Assembly (NCBI GenBank): GCA_026770705.1
Contig: JANJGN010000034.1
Span: 5,084,001 to 5,148,000, forward strand
DNA length: 64,000 nt
Origin: Isurus oxyrinchus
Lineage: Eukaryota
Direction: 5' to 3'
Of this stretch, positions 1 to 12,535 are shown piece after piece (the stretch's first letter is position 1; each line of letters begins with the position of its first letter). Position numbers and translations under genes: made by a program. The notes beneath the pieces are model-generated. The model had not been told where the DNA came from. It did not search any database and saw only the letters and a program-made list of their open reading frames with translations.

Positions 1-783
1 AAACTGAGATAAATAATGCTTCTCTGATTCTGGTTGGTTTTAAATCTCGGTTGACGCTTTGTAAGATCCAACTGTGACTTATTCCACAAATCATCTAGTT
101 AAATAAGTTATATCCTCTCATCTGTAACTGCAATTTTATTTTTATCTGACATGGACTTACAGAATTAGAATTGCCAAAGCTCCAGTTCTTCGAATTATGT
201 CCAAAGATGCGGTCAGATCAAAATGTTTTCCCAGCTGAGAGGCCCAAGCATTTTACCTTGAAGAAAGTTATGACCAAATGCCATCGTATATACTTGTGTA
301 GGGTATTGGCAAATGTTGATTGATAAGACGCCTATGAACCGAATTGGAAGCCTCAGAACACGAAATGGGTCATTCGGAACACGTTACTGACAGTATGCCT
401 CTTCTTTGCTGCCTCTTCAAGAGCCAAAAAAAAAAACACCATACGTAAAGTTCATCCAATGTTTCACTGCTGTTCCAGGTAGACAAACTTACCTAAACAT
501 TTCTGGAGTTCGTTCTCACTACCGAGATTCCTTTTAAGTCATTTCTACATTTTTGAAAAAATCTTTACTAACTGGTATGACTGCGTCTTCGAGGCTCTAT
601 TATTTGTATTTATGCAGTACTCGGTTAGAACTGTATTTTTCATTGATCCGGTTGAATTGAGGTGACTCTATCTTTTGTCAAATCTGAATTTGAAAATGAC
701 TTTATTGAAACATGGTTCTATTACTTTTCGATGGCAATTGAATTTTGATAGAATATTCACCACTTTCCTCTTCTGACTCACAG

Positions 784-804
784 ACCTCAAAAAGTGCAAA
801 AATG
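784..804 (+). CDS. 21-nt heptad micro-exon, (D)LKKCKN
   Basis: ctttcctcttctgactcacag|ACCTCAAAAAGTGCAAAAATG|gtaagg; gaatattcac motif upstream. Confidence 0.8.
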
Positions 805-1367
805 GTAAGGGAGTTGCGAAGTTTTCATGCTTTCATAGAAATATGGTGAAACTGTTGCTTTTTTTTATAAATTAGATCCGAAACAGTGTTGTAGCAAAGA
901 GTGCACGATGTTGGTAACCAACATTGGGACTGATGAACGAACATTTTGGCGGAGAGAGAGAGAAATATGAGCCTCTCATGCATATACATTATTTCGAAAA
1001 AAATATGAATACATAGGCTGTTGTTAGTCTCCCGCATATTGCATTGGTGAAGAATTCCCGGCAGCACTCCAGAAATATCCCATCCACGGACGAGCTTTGG
1101 GCGAAACCAGGGGTAGCAACTGGGATTAGATGAGTTGGGCACTGTGAATGTTAATTCGACTTTGAATATGGCGGCTCAGTGGCAATAGAATGCGGGACAC
1201 AATTGAGGGCAAAATCAAATAGCAAATCGTTCAGTCAAACATATCATAAGGTTTCATAAGGATATCACATCTTTGCCCGAAAAGGGTGATGCAAAATGCA
1301 GTGAACATGACTTCATGCCTTGTAAAAAAAAAAACATCAATACATACAAATTGTGAAAATCATCATT

Positions 1368-1864
1368 TTAATTTATTCACTGAGTGAGAGCTGCGCTGTC
1401 TAGGCCAAAAGTTATTGCCCATCTCTAGTTGCCTTTGAGAAGGTAGTTGTCAGCTGCCTTCTTGAACCGCACTATTCCACGTCGTGTAGGTAAGCCCACA
1501 CTGCAATAATGATGGAAGTTCCAGGATTCTGACCCCTGGGCAGTGAATGAATAACAATGCATTTACAAGTCAAAATGGTGAGCGACTGGGAGGGGAGACT
1601 ACAGATGCAGCATTCCTATCTATTTTCTGCCCTCGTCCTCCTAGACGGTAGTGGTTATGGGTTTGAAGGCACTGTCGAAGGAACCTTGGTGATTTGCTGT
1701 AGTGCATCTTGGTAGAAGGCATAGGCCGCTGGTACTCTTCCTGTAAGGGTAGAGGGATTGAATGTTTGTTGATGTTGTGCTGCACTTTGTTTTGGATGGG
1801 GTCAATGTTTTTGAGTGTTGTGCAAGGTGCACTAGCAAAGGTAAGTGGGGATATTCCATCACAG
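1368..1864 (-). mobile_element. LINE family B (FADDCT-type RT, CR1/L2 superclade), 3' end; interrupted by a CR1 insertion
   Basis: Reverse complement of the family's 3' tail (ttattgcccatctctagttgcctttgagaagg...gtgtaggtaagcccaca...gttccaggattctgaccc). The sequence resumes at about 3238. Confidence 0.75.
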
Positions 1865-3237
1865 AATAACCAAACCCCAAAGTGCAGAGGAGGCCAATCA
1901 GCACATCAATTCTGCACAGACATGTAACAAACACCTGACCTAATGTCCTAATCACATTTCACAGAACTAGACCTTTTGCTATGAAAGTTACGATATGCCA
2001 AGTGCTCATCCAGTTTCTTCATAAAGTATTTGAGGCAATCCGCCTCGCACCACCGCCACACCCCCCCCCCCCCCCCACTCTCCTCCCCCCAACCAAGGTA
2101 GCGCATTCCAGACTGGAACCACGCTCTATGTAAAAACGTTTTTCCTCAAACACCCCCAAAGACTCCTGCCCTTCACCTTGAACTTCTGTCCCCTCGTGAC
2201 TGACCATTCAAACTGTGGGAAGAGCTGTTCCCTATCCACCACGTGCATGCCCGTCATAGCATTGTAGATATTGATCAGGTCGCCCCTGAGTCTTCCCTCC
2301 TCTAACAATAGCAACCCAAGTCTATCCAAACGTCTTCATGAGTTCAGTTTTTCCTCTCAGGCAACATATTTCTGAATCTCCTCTGCAAACCGTCCAGTGC
2401 AATCCTATCATTCCTAGAGTCCTGCGATCAGAACTGCACACAATATTTCAGCTGTGTCCTCTCCAAGGTTCTATACAACTCCAACATAGCAAGCCGCCAT
2501 TGATAAAAAATATGCCTCGATTAAGAAAGGCAGGAGTCTCATACTTCTATTTCACCACCCAAATAACATGTCTTTCCGACTTCAGAGCTCCATGGATACA
2601 GACACCAAGGCCCCTTTATTCCTCAGAACGTTCTAAATTCAAGCCATACATTGAATACTTCCTTTTCAAATTACTCTTTCCAAAGTGTATCCACTTTAAA
2701 TTCCATCTGCCACTTATCTGCAAATTTGAGCTTCCCATCTATGTCTTCCTGTTGCCCAAGACACTCAACGTCACTGTTAAACAAAGGGCCAACCCTTCTT
2801 TCACCAATGAAGATAATAATCCTCCACAAAGTCTTCAATCTCGTTAATATAAATGACCAATATTAGTGGACCCAGAACATTTCCCTGTGTAACATCTTTG
2901 GACACGGTCTTCTAGTCCCTAAAACATCCGTCTATCATCAGCCTTTGACTCTGAACACTTAGCCAATTTTGAATCCAACTTATCTAATTACCCTGTATCT
3001 TTTGTGTACTTGCCTTCTTTATAAGTCTCCCATTTGGGGTTTTGTCAAAGTCTTTCCTGAAATCCATTGAAACTATATGAATCGCACTACACTCATCAAC
3101 AGGCTTGGTCACACTCTCAAAAGAAATCAAATTTGTTTGGCATGACCTCCATCTGACAAAGCCACGCTGATTATCCCTGATGGAGTGGAGATGCAATCAC
3201 TCCTTCACAATTTTCTCCAATATTTTCCCTACTGATG
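1865..3237 (-). mobile_element. CR1 LINE, 5'-truncated, nested in LINE family B
   Basis: Minus-strand ORF fragments NQRGFVRWRSCQTNLI...MDFRKDFDK (2984-3196) and RLRGDLINIY...TRGQKFKVKG (2126-2329), typical of CR1 ORF2. Confidence 0.85.
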
Positions 3238-5515
3238 GACTTGTGATTTGTAGGTGATGGGCAGACTTTGTTGAATAAAGGGGGGGCGGGGGGGGGGGGG
3301 GGTGGGGGCGATGATAGTCGTCACTGGAATTGTACATTTGGGCTGTTCCTGAATGCGCAGTATTTTATGGATGCTCCAGTTCAGTTTCTGATTAATGGTG
3401 ACCCCAGCATGTTGGGTACCAATGCTGTTAATGCCATCAACAGTGAAGTGGCAATATTTGGATTTTTTCTAGTTATAGGTAGTCATTTCCAGTCACTCTG
3501 TATGGCGAAAATGTTATTTCCCACTTGTCCGCCCAAACCTGAATATTGTCTACAGCTGGCTGTATTTGGGCATGGACAGGTTCAGCACCTAAGGAGTCAT
3601 AAGACATGCTTACAATGGAGCAATCTTCACCAAGATCCTCCAACCTGACCGTATTATGTGAGGACTGTCATTTATTAAACAAGTGAAGATGGTTGAGCTG
3701 AGTTCACGATCATGTAGAAAAGTTGCAGGCATTCCCTGGAGATTAAATTACTGAACTATATCAACCACAACCATCTTCCATTATGCTCGGTATGACTCCA
3801 GCAAGTGGGTGTTTTACCCCCGATTTTTATTGACACCAGTTTTGGTACTACTCCTGGTTGCCACATTCATTCATATGTGGCTTCGATGTCAAAGGCATAC
3901 ACTTTCACCTTCTCTCCAGATTTCAGCTCATCTGTCCATGTTATAAAACAAGGCTGTAAGAAGATCAGGAGCTATTTAACCCTGGCATATACCAAAATGG
4001 GTATCAGTGAACAGCTTATGGCTTAGCAAGAGCTGCTTGAAAGCACTGTCGCTGATCCCTTTCTACCAATTTATTTATGATGGACAGAATACTGATACAG
4101 TGGTCATTGGATGTTACTAATTGCCTGGCTCTTCCCTGCTGGACATAAGCTGGACAATTTTCTGTAGTTTTACTGGAGAATATTTGCAAGGCGTGTGCTA
4201 AGTTCTAGAGCACAGGCCTTCAGTAATATTGCAGGACGATTGTCAGACCCCATGGCTTTTGCACTACCCAGTTCCTTCAGCCATTTATTCACATCATGTG
4301 ATGTGAATTGTATCCGCTAAAGAATGGCATTTTTGTTGCTGGAGACTTTCGGAGGAGGAAAACATTGATCAGCAACTCGTCTACACTAGCTGAAGATTGT
4401 AGTAAATGTTTCATCTTTAAATGTTGAACAAATGTGCTGGGCTGCCCCATCATTGAGGATGAGGATATTTTTGGGTCTCCTACCGCAATGAATTGTTTAA
4501 TTTGCCCTCCAACATTCACGGGAAAATGCAGCAGGACTGCAGATCTTAAATCTATTCCTTTAGTTATTGAATCGCTGAGCTCTGTCGATCACTTGTTGCC
4601 TATGCTGTTTTACAAGCGAGTGGACCTGTGTTATAGCTTCAACAGGCTGACAACGCATTTTCATGTATGCCTGGTGCTGCTCCTTATTAGCCCTGCTGCA
4701 TTCTTCATTGAATTTTTCTTGACCCCCTGTCTTGATGTTACCACTCAGGGCCATGAGTGTAGAGCTTGTGTTCGAGTTTAATTCTGCTGCTGATGATGAT
4801 CCACAGCACCATTATAGATATTCTGTATTAAGTTGCTAGACATTTCCAAAATCTGTCCATTTTAGCAAAACGGCGGTACAACACAACACGATGGAAATCA
4901 GCAGGAGTTTCTGTTGCCCATGTTTGCCCTGATTTATCAGAGTTCGTGGGTTTTGGAATAGATGCTGAGGGCTGCAACTTGAGCTACCTCCAGACGGTCT
5001 AACACTGTGCCACCACCACTGCTGGTGGGTCACGGATTACCCAGGAATTGTGATGATAGAATCTTGGACAACTTGACAGGCTGCTCCTTGACTTGCATGC
5101 AAGAGATCTCTCCTAATTTTAGCGAATTCCCCAGCTGTTTTAAAGGAGGACTTTGCAGTGTCGACATCCTGGGTTTCCCATTTTCGTTTCCGGTGTCTAG
5201 GTTGATGGCTTGTTTTCTGTTTTCAACCCGTATTTTCATGACTTTATGACGGTGTGATGCAGCTGATTTGCTTCCTACATATTTGGCATTCAAGCAACCA
5301 GAGGGCATTTAAGTGTCAGCCGCAATGATCTGGTTCCACGAGAGCATGTAAAGAAGGGAGCTTCCCTGCCTAAAAAGGCATTAGTGAACCAGATGTGATT
5401 TTACAACAATTCTTCTAATTGCTTATTCTGCATTGGTGGGATTCGAATCCCTGTCACCAGAGGGTCTTTGGATTATTAGCCCAGCAACAATTCTACAACA
5501 ACATTGCCTTCCCGC
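3238..5515 (-). mobile_element. LINE family B, remainder including the tRNA-like 5' head
   Basis: Decayed RT/EN-region fragments on the minus strand (WWWHSVRPSGGSSSCSPQHL, QEKFNEECSRA, IKQFIAVG). B-box-like ggtgggattcgaatccc at 5435-5451. Confidence 0.75.
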
Positions 5516-7460
5516 ATCTTCAGCCTCGTTTGACATTTTCAGTGTTATGAATGACATTGGATGCTGTGGAATTGTGTTGATATCAGAATTAAAAGAAATT
5601 TGCTTTGGTCTAATTCCAAATTCTTTGGAGGAATTATCTGCTCAGCAAATGCTGAATGTTGCAAAATCAGTCTACCAAATGAAAAGCTATGGCTGATTTC
5701 AGAGAAGTGGAAATGACTTCAAATTCGGCAATGTCAACAGAAATATGGTCTAGGTATATCGATGTAAAACTACGCTGCTAAATGGCAGCGTTGTATCAAG
5801 AAGCTGTGTGAAGAACAAATCGAACCTCGCAGGGAGCAGGGTACAGAATGCAAAATTTTGAGGACATGTCATTTTTAGTGACTTTCTTGACAGATCAGGC
5901 TTTGCGGTGACACAAAGGGAGCAGATTCGTCTATTTCAACTCGATGGAGATGAAAAGTACTTGAATGAAGATCATGTGATGAAACTTGTAACCCTGACAA
6001 ACTGCCTCTTTCGCAGCGGCATAAGAATATATTTCTGACGTTCTACAGTTATTCTAAGAAACAGTGCATTGTCTTTAGCAGGGATAATAATCTCATGCAT
6101 TTGATCAAAGTCAAGGCTACAAGACACACCGATTTGATAGAAAGCTGAGCAATTTTAAAGTTTAAAGGGGCAAATGACGGTTATGTTTGTAGGTGGACGA
6201 AGACACTACATGTATCATCTCATCAGACAATGAACAATTGTTGTTGCCCGCAACTAAATACCAAGGATGCAAGTATAGTGCCTTGATTGATTAGCTATCA
6301 TTGCATGTAAGCCCACTTTTTAAGAAAACAATGATAAACTTTCAAATCGGTTGGAATTAACTTATTTGGCTATCGTTTGATAGTAGCTGATTACATGAGC
6401 TGCCAAACGGTTGAAAGTGAAAAACGGATGTATACTGGTTAGTAACTCAAATATGCACATCAGTACTGCACTGACGGCAAGCGAGGGTTATAGTGATGTT
6501 ACAATTATTTTCTCAATGTATGTGGAAATATTTTAGACTACTGTGATGTAACAGCAAGTAATATTGATTGTATAGCTAATGCATAGGCCTGCCGTATGCT
6601 TGGAATGACTATAACGTTCATTAACATCTGTCGTGACTGATCTAAATTGGTTCTTTATTGAGCAAGCTTTCTGTCTTTTTTTAAAATATTTTCATTTGTT
6701 TTCAAATTGCAATTGACTGTTTGCAAGATCCTCCTCCCAATGTATCATGGAAAATATCTCGTTGTTTAAATGGTTACATTACATCGGTGCTCTCAAAGTA
6801 AATTTTAGTGATGTTGGTTTCCTGATCCACAATTGCCAAACCTGCAAGCATTCGAAAACCTTCCAAAAATATATTCATCTTGCCTTGTTCCCATTTAACA
6901 GGCTAAATTTATTACCTCGGACAGAATGATGACCATCTGTCCCAATATCCATTAATATATTTTGATGCGAAATGTTGATTCATAACATGCCCTGAAACGA
7001 CTTGGGAAGTCTCAGCATGTTTAGTCAACGATGCCTAGCACGCAAGTGCTGCAGTTATTCTTGTTTGATAAGTCCAGAACAACAAAAGCTGACACCATTA
7101 ACCTATATTAACCAAATACCTTAAGTGTTGCATTATCAGATAGCAAGTTTAAACTAAATTACTGACATGGTTCAAAGACTAAGTATTTATGAAGCTCATT
7201 CCACATCATTCTTCCTAAATTATTTTTGCGGCTTTAGTATTTCTGAACTAAGGTGTTTCTGCTTTTTTGGGCTATATTATTTGCATTTGTGAACCATACG
7301 ACTTGAAACATAAATTTGAATGATCTGCTTGACATGCGCTTCCTCAATCTACTGTCAAATTTACTTTTGAATTTTCATTTGTTACAAAGTGGCTCAGTTA
7401 CTTTTCGATGAAGAATGGAATATTTATAGATTATTTACTGTTTTCTCATAAAACTCGTAG

Positions 7461-7481
7461 ACCTGAAAAAGTGCGAAGAAT
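7461..7481 (+). CDS. 21-nt heptad micro-exon, (D)LKKCEE, with a weak donor and terminal T
   Basis: ttttctcataaaactcgtag|ACCTGAAAAAGTGCGAAGAAT|gtactg; several hundred bp of upstream flank are homologous to the flank of exon 784. Confidence 0.5.
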
Positions 7482-7825
7482 GTACTGAAGCTGCAATGTT
7501 ATTTTCTATTTCCATAGACGTACAGTGAAGTTGTGCATTTATGTGTGTGTGAGTGAGACAAAGAGAAAAGGAGAGAGACAGAGACAGAGAGAGTGAGAGA
7601 GTGAGACGTGGTATTCCTGCAAAGATGTTGTTTCGAGTAATGACGTGGAGGGCTGGGGAATTGATTCTATTGGAATTAAAGGAAAGTTGTTTTAGTCTGA
7701 GGCCTAATTAATTGGTGCAAATATCTGCCCATCAAATAGCAAATGGTGAAAAATCTGTCAAGCAAATCACAAGTTGTGTTTTTTTTTTTCATGCAAAGGA
7801 CATCTAGAGCCTCTGTAATCTCTGA

Positions 7826-9975
7826 GATGTAGGTACACCCCCACTGTTGCTAAAAAGGGACTTTTACTCTTCGGACCCAGCGACCATGAAGCAACGGCTG
7901 CACTATGTCCAAATAAGGATCATGATTCACTTGGAGGGCATGTTCCAGTTAGTCACTTTCCCTTCCATCTGCTGTCCTTGCTCTTCTAGATGGTAGTGGG
8001 CGTGGGCGTGGATGGTGCTGTCAGAGAAGATTGGTGAATTCCTGCAGTGCATCTTGTAGATGCACTGCTGCTACCATGTGCTGGTGGTGGAGGGACTGAA
8101 CTCTACTGAATGAGATGCCAATCAAGTTATATGCATTGTACTGAACGGTGTCATGCTTCTTGAGTAATGTGGGGGCTGAACTCAACCAGAGACGATGGGA
8201 GTGTAGCAGCAAACTCCTGACCTGTGCACTGGGTACTCAGGAGGTGAATTAATCGTTGCATGATTCTTAGCCTCTAAACTGTCCCGGTAGCCACGTTATG
8301 TATGTGGCTGAATCAGTTCAGTTTTTGGTCAATGGTAACCTCCAGAATCTTAGTAGTTGGCTTTGCAGCGATGGTAATGGCACTGAACGTCAGGCCGTCA
8401 TGTATAGAATGTCCCTGGGTGGAAACGCCATTCTCTGGCACTTGTATATGGCGAATGTTACTTGCCACTAGTCAGCCCAAGCCTGGATATTATCCAAGCC
8501 TTGTTGTGTTTGGACAAGGATTGTTTCAGTATCTGAGAAATCGGACATGCTGAATATTGTACAATCATCAGCGAAAATCGGCACCTCTGACGTTATGCTG
8601 GAAGAAACGTATATTATGGAAGAGCTGAAAAAGTTTGGGCCGAGGACAATGCCCTGTGGATCACCTGCAGTGATGTCCTGGAGCTCAGCTGACAAATCTC
8701 CAACAACAACATCCACCTTCATTTGTGCTAGGTATAACTCCAAACACTAAAACATCTCCCCCCTGAATTTCATCGACTCCTGTTGTGCTGGGGCCGCGTG
8801 ATGCCACACAGTGTAAAATGTGGCCTTGATATTTAGGGCAATGACTCTCATCTTAACTCGGGGGTTCAGCTCTTTTGTCCAAGGTTGAATGAAGCTACAA
8901 TGACTTTAGGAGTTGGATGGGTCTGGCTGAACCCAAACTCAGCATCAACGAGCAGCTTATTACTAAGCCAGTGCCACTTGATAACGCTGTATATGACATC
9001 ATCCAACATTTTATCAGCTATTGATACTAGTATGATGAGGCAGTAATTGGCCAAATTTGATTAGTCCTGCTTTTTGTGTCCAGGCTAAACATGGCCAATG
9101 TTCCATATAGCCAGGAGTCAGTGTTGTTACTCTACTAGAGAAGCTTTTCTAGTGGTGTGGTAATTCCAAGGAGCATTTGTCTTCAGTACTATTGCTGGAG
9201 TACTGTCTTAACTCAAAGCCTTTGTGGCATCCAGTGACATCAGCCGTTCCTTGATATCCCTTGTAGTGAATACATTTGGGTTAATACAGGCATTTGTGAT
9301 GCTGCTGGTATTCGGAGATGGTGGAGATTTTTCATCAACTATGCGAATCTGCCTGGATATTATAGCTTCAGTCTCATTTTTTGCGTTGAAGGCTGGACTC
9401 TTCCATCATTGAGGAGGTGGATAAATGTGGACCCTCCTCCTCTAACAAGCTGTTTAATTGTCCACCACCTTTCACGACTGGATGTAGCAGGATGGCGGAT
9501 CTTAGATCTGATTACTGTGTTATAGGATCACTTACCTCTGTCGATCACTTGCTGGATGGCACACAAATATTACTGTGTTCTAGTTTCACCAAGTTTATAC
9601 CTTAATTTTAGTTTTGACTGCTGTTGCCCCTAAAATACCCTCCTGGACTCTTCATTGTGCCAGGTTAGATCCCCTTGCTTGAAGTAAAAGAAGACTGGGG
9701 AATAATTGGGGCCACAAGGTTACAGATTATGTTCGATTGCAATTCTGCTGCTGATAATGGCCCACAGCCCCTCATGGATGCCCACTGTTGAGTTGCTTTA
9801 TCTTTTGGGGAACTCTCATATTTAGCAAGCTGGCAATGCCAGACAACGCAATGCAGGTTACCTCCATTGTCAAGGCGGAACTTCACCTCCAAAAGGACTG
9901 TGTGGTGGTCTGTCCTACCGATGCTGTCATGGACAGATGCATCTGAGGCAGACAGTTGGTGAGTACAAGGTGAAG
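7826..9975 (-). mobile_element. LINE family B, 5'-truncated
   Basis: ORF 8468-8743(-) DITAGDPQGIVLGPNFFS...IFADDCTIFS...QQGLDNIQAWAD and ORF 8866-9054(-) ANYCLIILVSIADKML are RT motifs. Confidence 0.85.
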
Positions 9976-10513
9976 AATCTGCCTTAATAACACCTCGGTA
10001 GGATAATTACCTAGTGCTGATTGACAACAGGCAAATTAAATGTCTTGACAATTCTCACCACGTAAGATATGCCATTTAAATACGCTAATGCTGCTGCTCG
10101 TCTGGTTCGAAAAATCTACACCAGGAAAATATCCCAAAATTGACATTATTCAGAACGTTTTGCATATCTTAAATCGTATATCAACCGCTATATAATTTAA
10201 TCTAATTACGAACCTGACTCAAATGCAAAACTTTTCCGGAGTTCCTTCCCCATCACTCTTCTTTTTAAGATTATTTCATGCATTTTAAATCTATCTCCAC
10301 AGAATTTACACCGTTGCCTGAGGCTGTATTATTAGTAACTGTGCTCCATTTGTCTGAATGCTTCACCTTTGTCTGTTCCGCTGGACAAGAGATGTCCTCA
10401 TCTCTCTGCAAATTTGATTTTGAATGTGCGTTACTACAACGTAGCTCCGTTAATTTTCCATATGCCATGGGATTATGGCAGAATATTAACGACATTTCTC
10501 TTATCACTCACAG

Positions 10514-10534
10514 AAATGAAAAAGTATGAAGAAG
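10514..10534 (+). CDS. 21-nt heptad micro-exon, (E)MKKYEE
   Basis: gaatattaacgacatttctcttatcactcacag|AAATGAAAAAGTATGAAGAAG|gtgagg. Confidence 0.8.
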
Positions 10535-10645
10535 GTGAGGAAGTTAGAAAGTGTAAATGATGTTTGGCACTGTTGTTGCGAAGACTGCAATGGTCAATAG
10601 GTCAGTTTAGGACTGATGAACAAAGGCTTTGCATTATGAAAATGG

Positions 10646-10745
10646 AAGAGAGAGAGGGAGACAGAAAGAGAGAGGGAGCGAGAGAGAGAGACGGAAAGAG
10701 TGAAAGTGAGAGAGAGAGAGAGGGAGAAAGAGATAGAGAGACAGA
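10646..10745. repeat. GA-rich simple repeat downstream of a micro-exon
   Basis: gagagagagggagacagaaagagagaggg... Similar tracts occur at about 950, 7550, 12170, 12705, 16125, 18815 and 19740. Confidence 0.85.
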
Positions 10746-11063
10746 TGTGAAGAAACCAGGGAACAAGTTGCCAAAAGGTCACTCGGTACTTGGTAACCAA
10801 AGGAATCGAATTGGAAGTGTCTCAAGTCAAATGGAATGTATTCGACTATTCAATTCCTTGGAATTTGCAAAGATGTTCGATGGGATTTATGAATTGCTTT
10901 CACATGTTCCTGAAGTTAAATGCGTTATTATAGTTTTGCATGCTGCACCTCGATGTCTTGTCAGTGCAGACTTGCGAGCATAGTTATGGTGTCACTGTTG
11001 TGGTGTTCTTTTCGTTCATAATAATTGCTGGCAGAAAGTGTATTTTTGACGTCCACCATACAG

Positions 11064-11081
11064 AATTTTAGAAGGACGGTG
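11064..11081 (+). pseudogene. 18-nt micro-exon variant with an in-frame TAG
   Basis: ccaccatacag|AATTTTAGAAGGACGGTG|gtaagg reads (E)F*; resembles exon 12515 (AATTTAAGAAG...). Confidence 0.45.
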
Positions 11082-11523
11082 GTAAGGGCTGATGGGCAGA
11101 GAGCATTAGGTCCTATTTGTATCCAAGTCTTGCCAAATTAGTCTGACATATTCGAACGGTATGTTTCAGTTTCCAGCAGCGGCCGTTTTGACAATGACTT
11201 ACAAGTTGTAGGATGGATATTGTGAGGGAAGTCAAAGACAACGTCTTTGGTCTTTCAACTGAATGATTCCTTTTAGGGAGAAAACGGGCCTGTAGGAGTA
11301 ACGCAGGCAATGAATCAGAAAAATATAGCCCAAGTGTAGGTGGCATACGGCACCTAAATTCAGGGAGAGGTGGAGAGAAAGGAACTTCTGAAGAACCATA
11401 TGCTTTAGTATGCAAACAGGCCAGCAGTTTGAAAAACAAATTAAACGTTGACGTCAAGAGAAGTCTTTAGCTTGATTGATTTCTGTCTGCTGCACTTAGG
11501 GAGCAGTATGTAAAGAGCTGTAA

Positions 11524-11528
<5 letters not shown>

Positions 11529-11574
<46 letters not shown>

Positions 11575-11577
11575 TAC
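11529..11577. repeat. (TA)n microsatellite
   Basis: Visible TA run. Confidence 0.95.
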
Positions 11578-12073
11578 CCTTGCGCATCATTTGCAAGGAG
11601 ATATGCCACAGTGTCAATGAGATACATGCCTTTTTTATGGGAATTGCGTTGTATCGGGGAGGGGGAGATTTTCATTTGCACCCTTATTCCAGAAGGCAGT
11701 CCTATCCCTTCAGAAAGTTCGTATGATTTTATCAATGGTCGTAGCCAGAAGGTTGTTAATGCAGGTGATATAGAAATACAAGTCTAGAAAGGAGACGTGT
11801 CGGAGCCTCAGCTCTTGCAAATGACTGAAAAGTTCGAGATTCTTTCAGCTTTAATGGATGAGAGCCGCTTTGCAATGTGAATGAACGAAATTACAAAGGT
11901 ACAGATTTCCCAGGAGCCATTGAAATGGGCTGGAAAGTAAAAATCTAGTGAGAGTAACAATGCAAATGAATTTCTTGACTTGGAATTGCCGATAAAACAG
12001 CAAAGTTGAGTGCACACAGAGACTTGTTGTCACGTTCTTTTTAATATTCACAATTTGCTACTGTTTCCTACAG

Positions 12074-12094
12074 ACCTTGCACACTGCCAGAGAG
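12074..12094 (+). CDS. 21-nt heptad micro-exon, (D)LAHCQR
   Basis: aatattcacaatttgctactgtttcctacag|ACCTTGCACACTGCCAGAGAG|gtaacg. Confidence 0.78.
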
Positions 12095-12217
12095 GTAACG
12101 CAGGAGACAATTAAATTTTGTTATTTTATGAAAAAGGTTGGAAGTGGAGTGATTGAACTTGTGTCTGAGGGAGAGACACAGAGAGAGACAGACACGGAGG
12201 TGGGGGAGATGGGAGAA

Positions 12218-12251
<34 letters not shown>

Positions 12252-12514
12252 GGAGGGTAGAGAGAAAAAAGGCAGGAGAGAGAGAAAGAGGGCGAGGGGA
12301 AGATGGGTGATCCTTCTGGAGTTATAAATATAAGTGTTGGGCGTTTGCTTGAAGCCAAGCCTCTCCTTGATTACTTTGACATGAGATGGCCAGACGGTTG
12401 AAAAAATGTGTTCACAGTGTTGTTTTGTTTTCACCAATATGACAATATTTGATATAAAGCTAAATTGAGGTTGAATTATAATGTTCCACGACCTGTTTTT
12501 ATTTCGTGCAATAG

Positions 12515-12535
12515 AATTTAAGAAGACAGAAGAAG
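12515..12535 (+). CDS. 21-nt heptad micro-exon, (E)FKKTEE
   Basis: ctgtttttatttcgtgcaatag|AATTTAAGAAGACAGAAGAAG|gtaaaa. Confidence 0.72.

Noticed and set aside
3280-3310. Poly-G run (and poly-C runs at about 2060, 37730 and 55470) as G-quadruplex candidates
   Set aside because: Homopolymer expansions inside decayed LINEs, with no evidence of function
5435-5451. B-box-like motif, and another at 39215-39224, as possible tRNA genes
   Set aside because: No cloverleaf can be formed; they are heads of repeat elements
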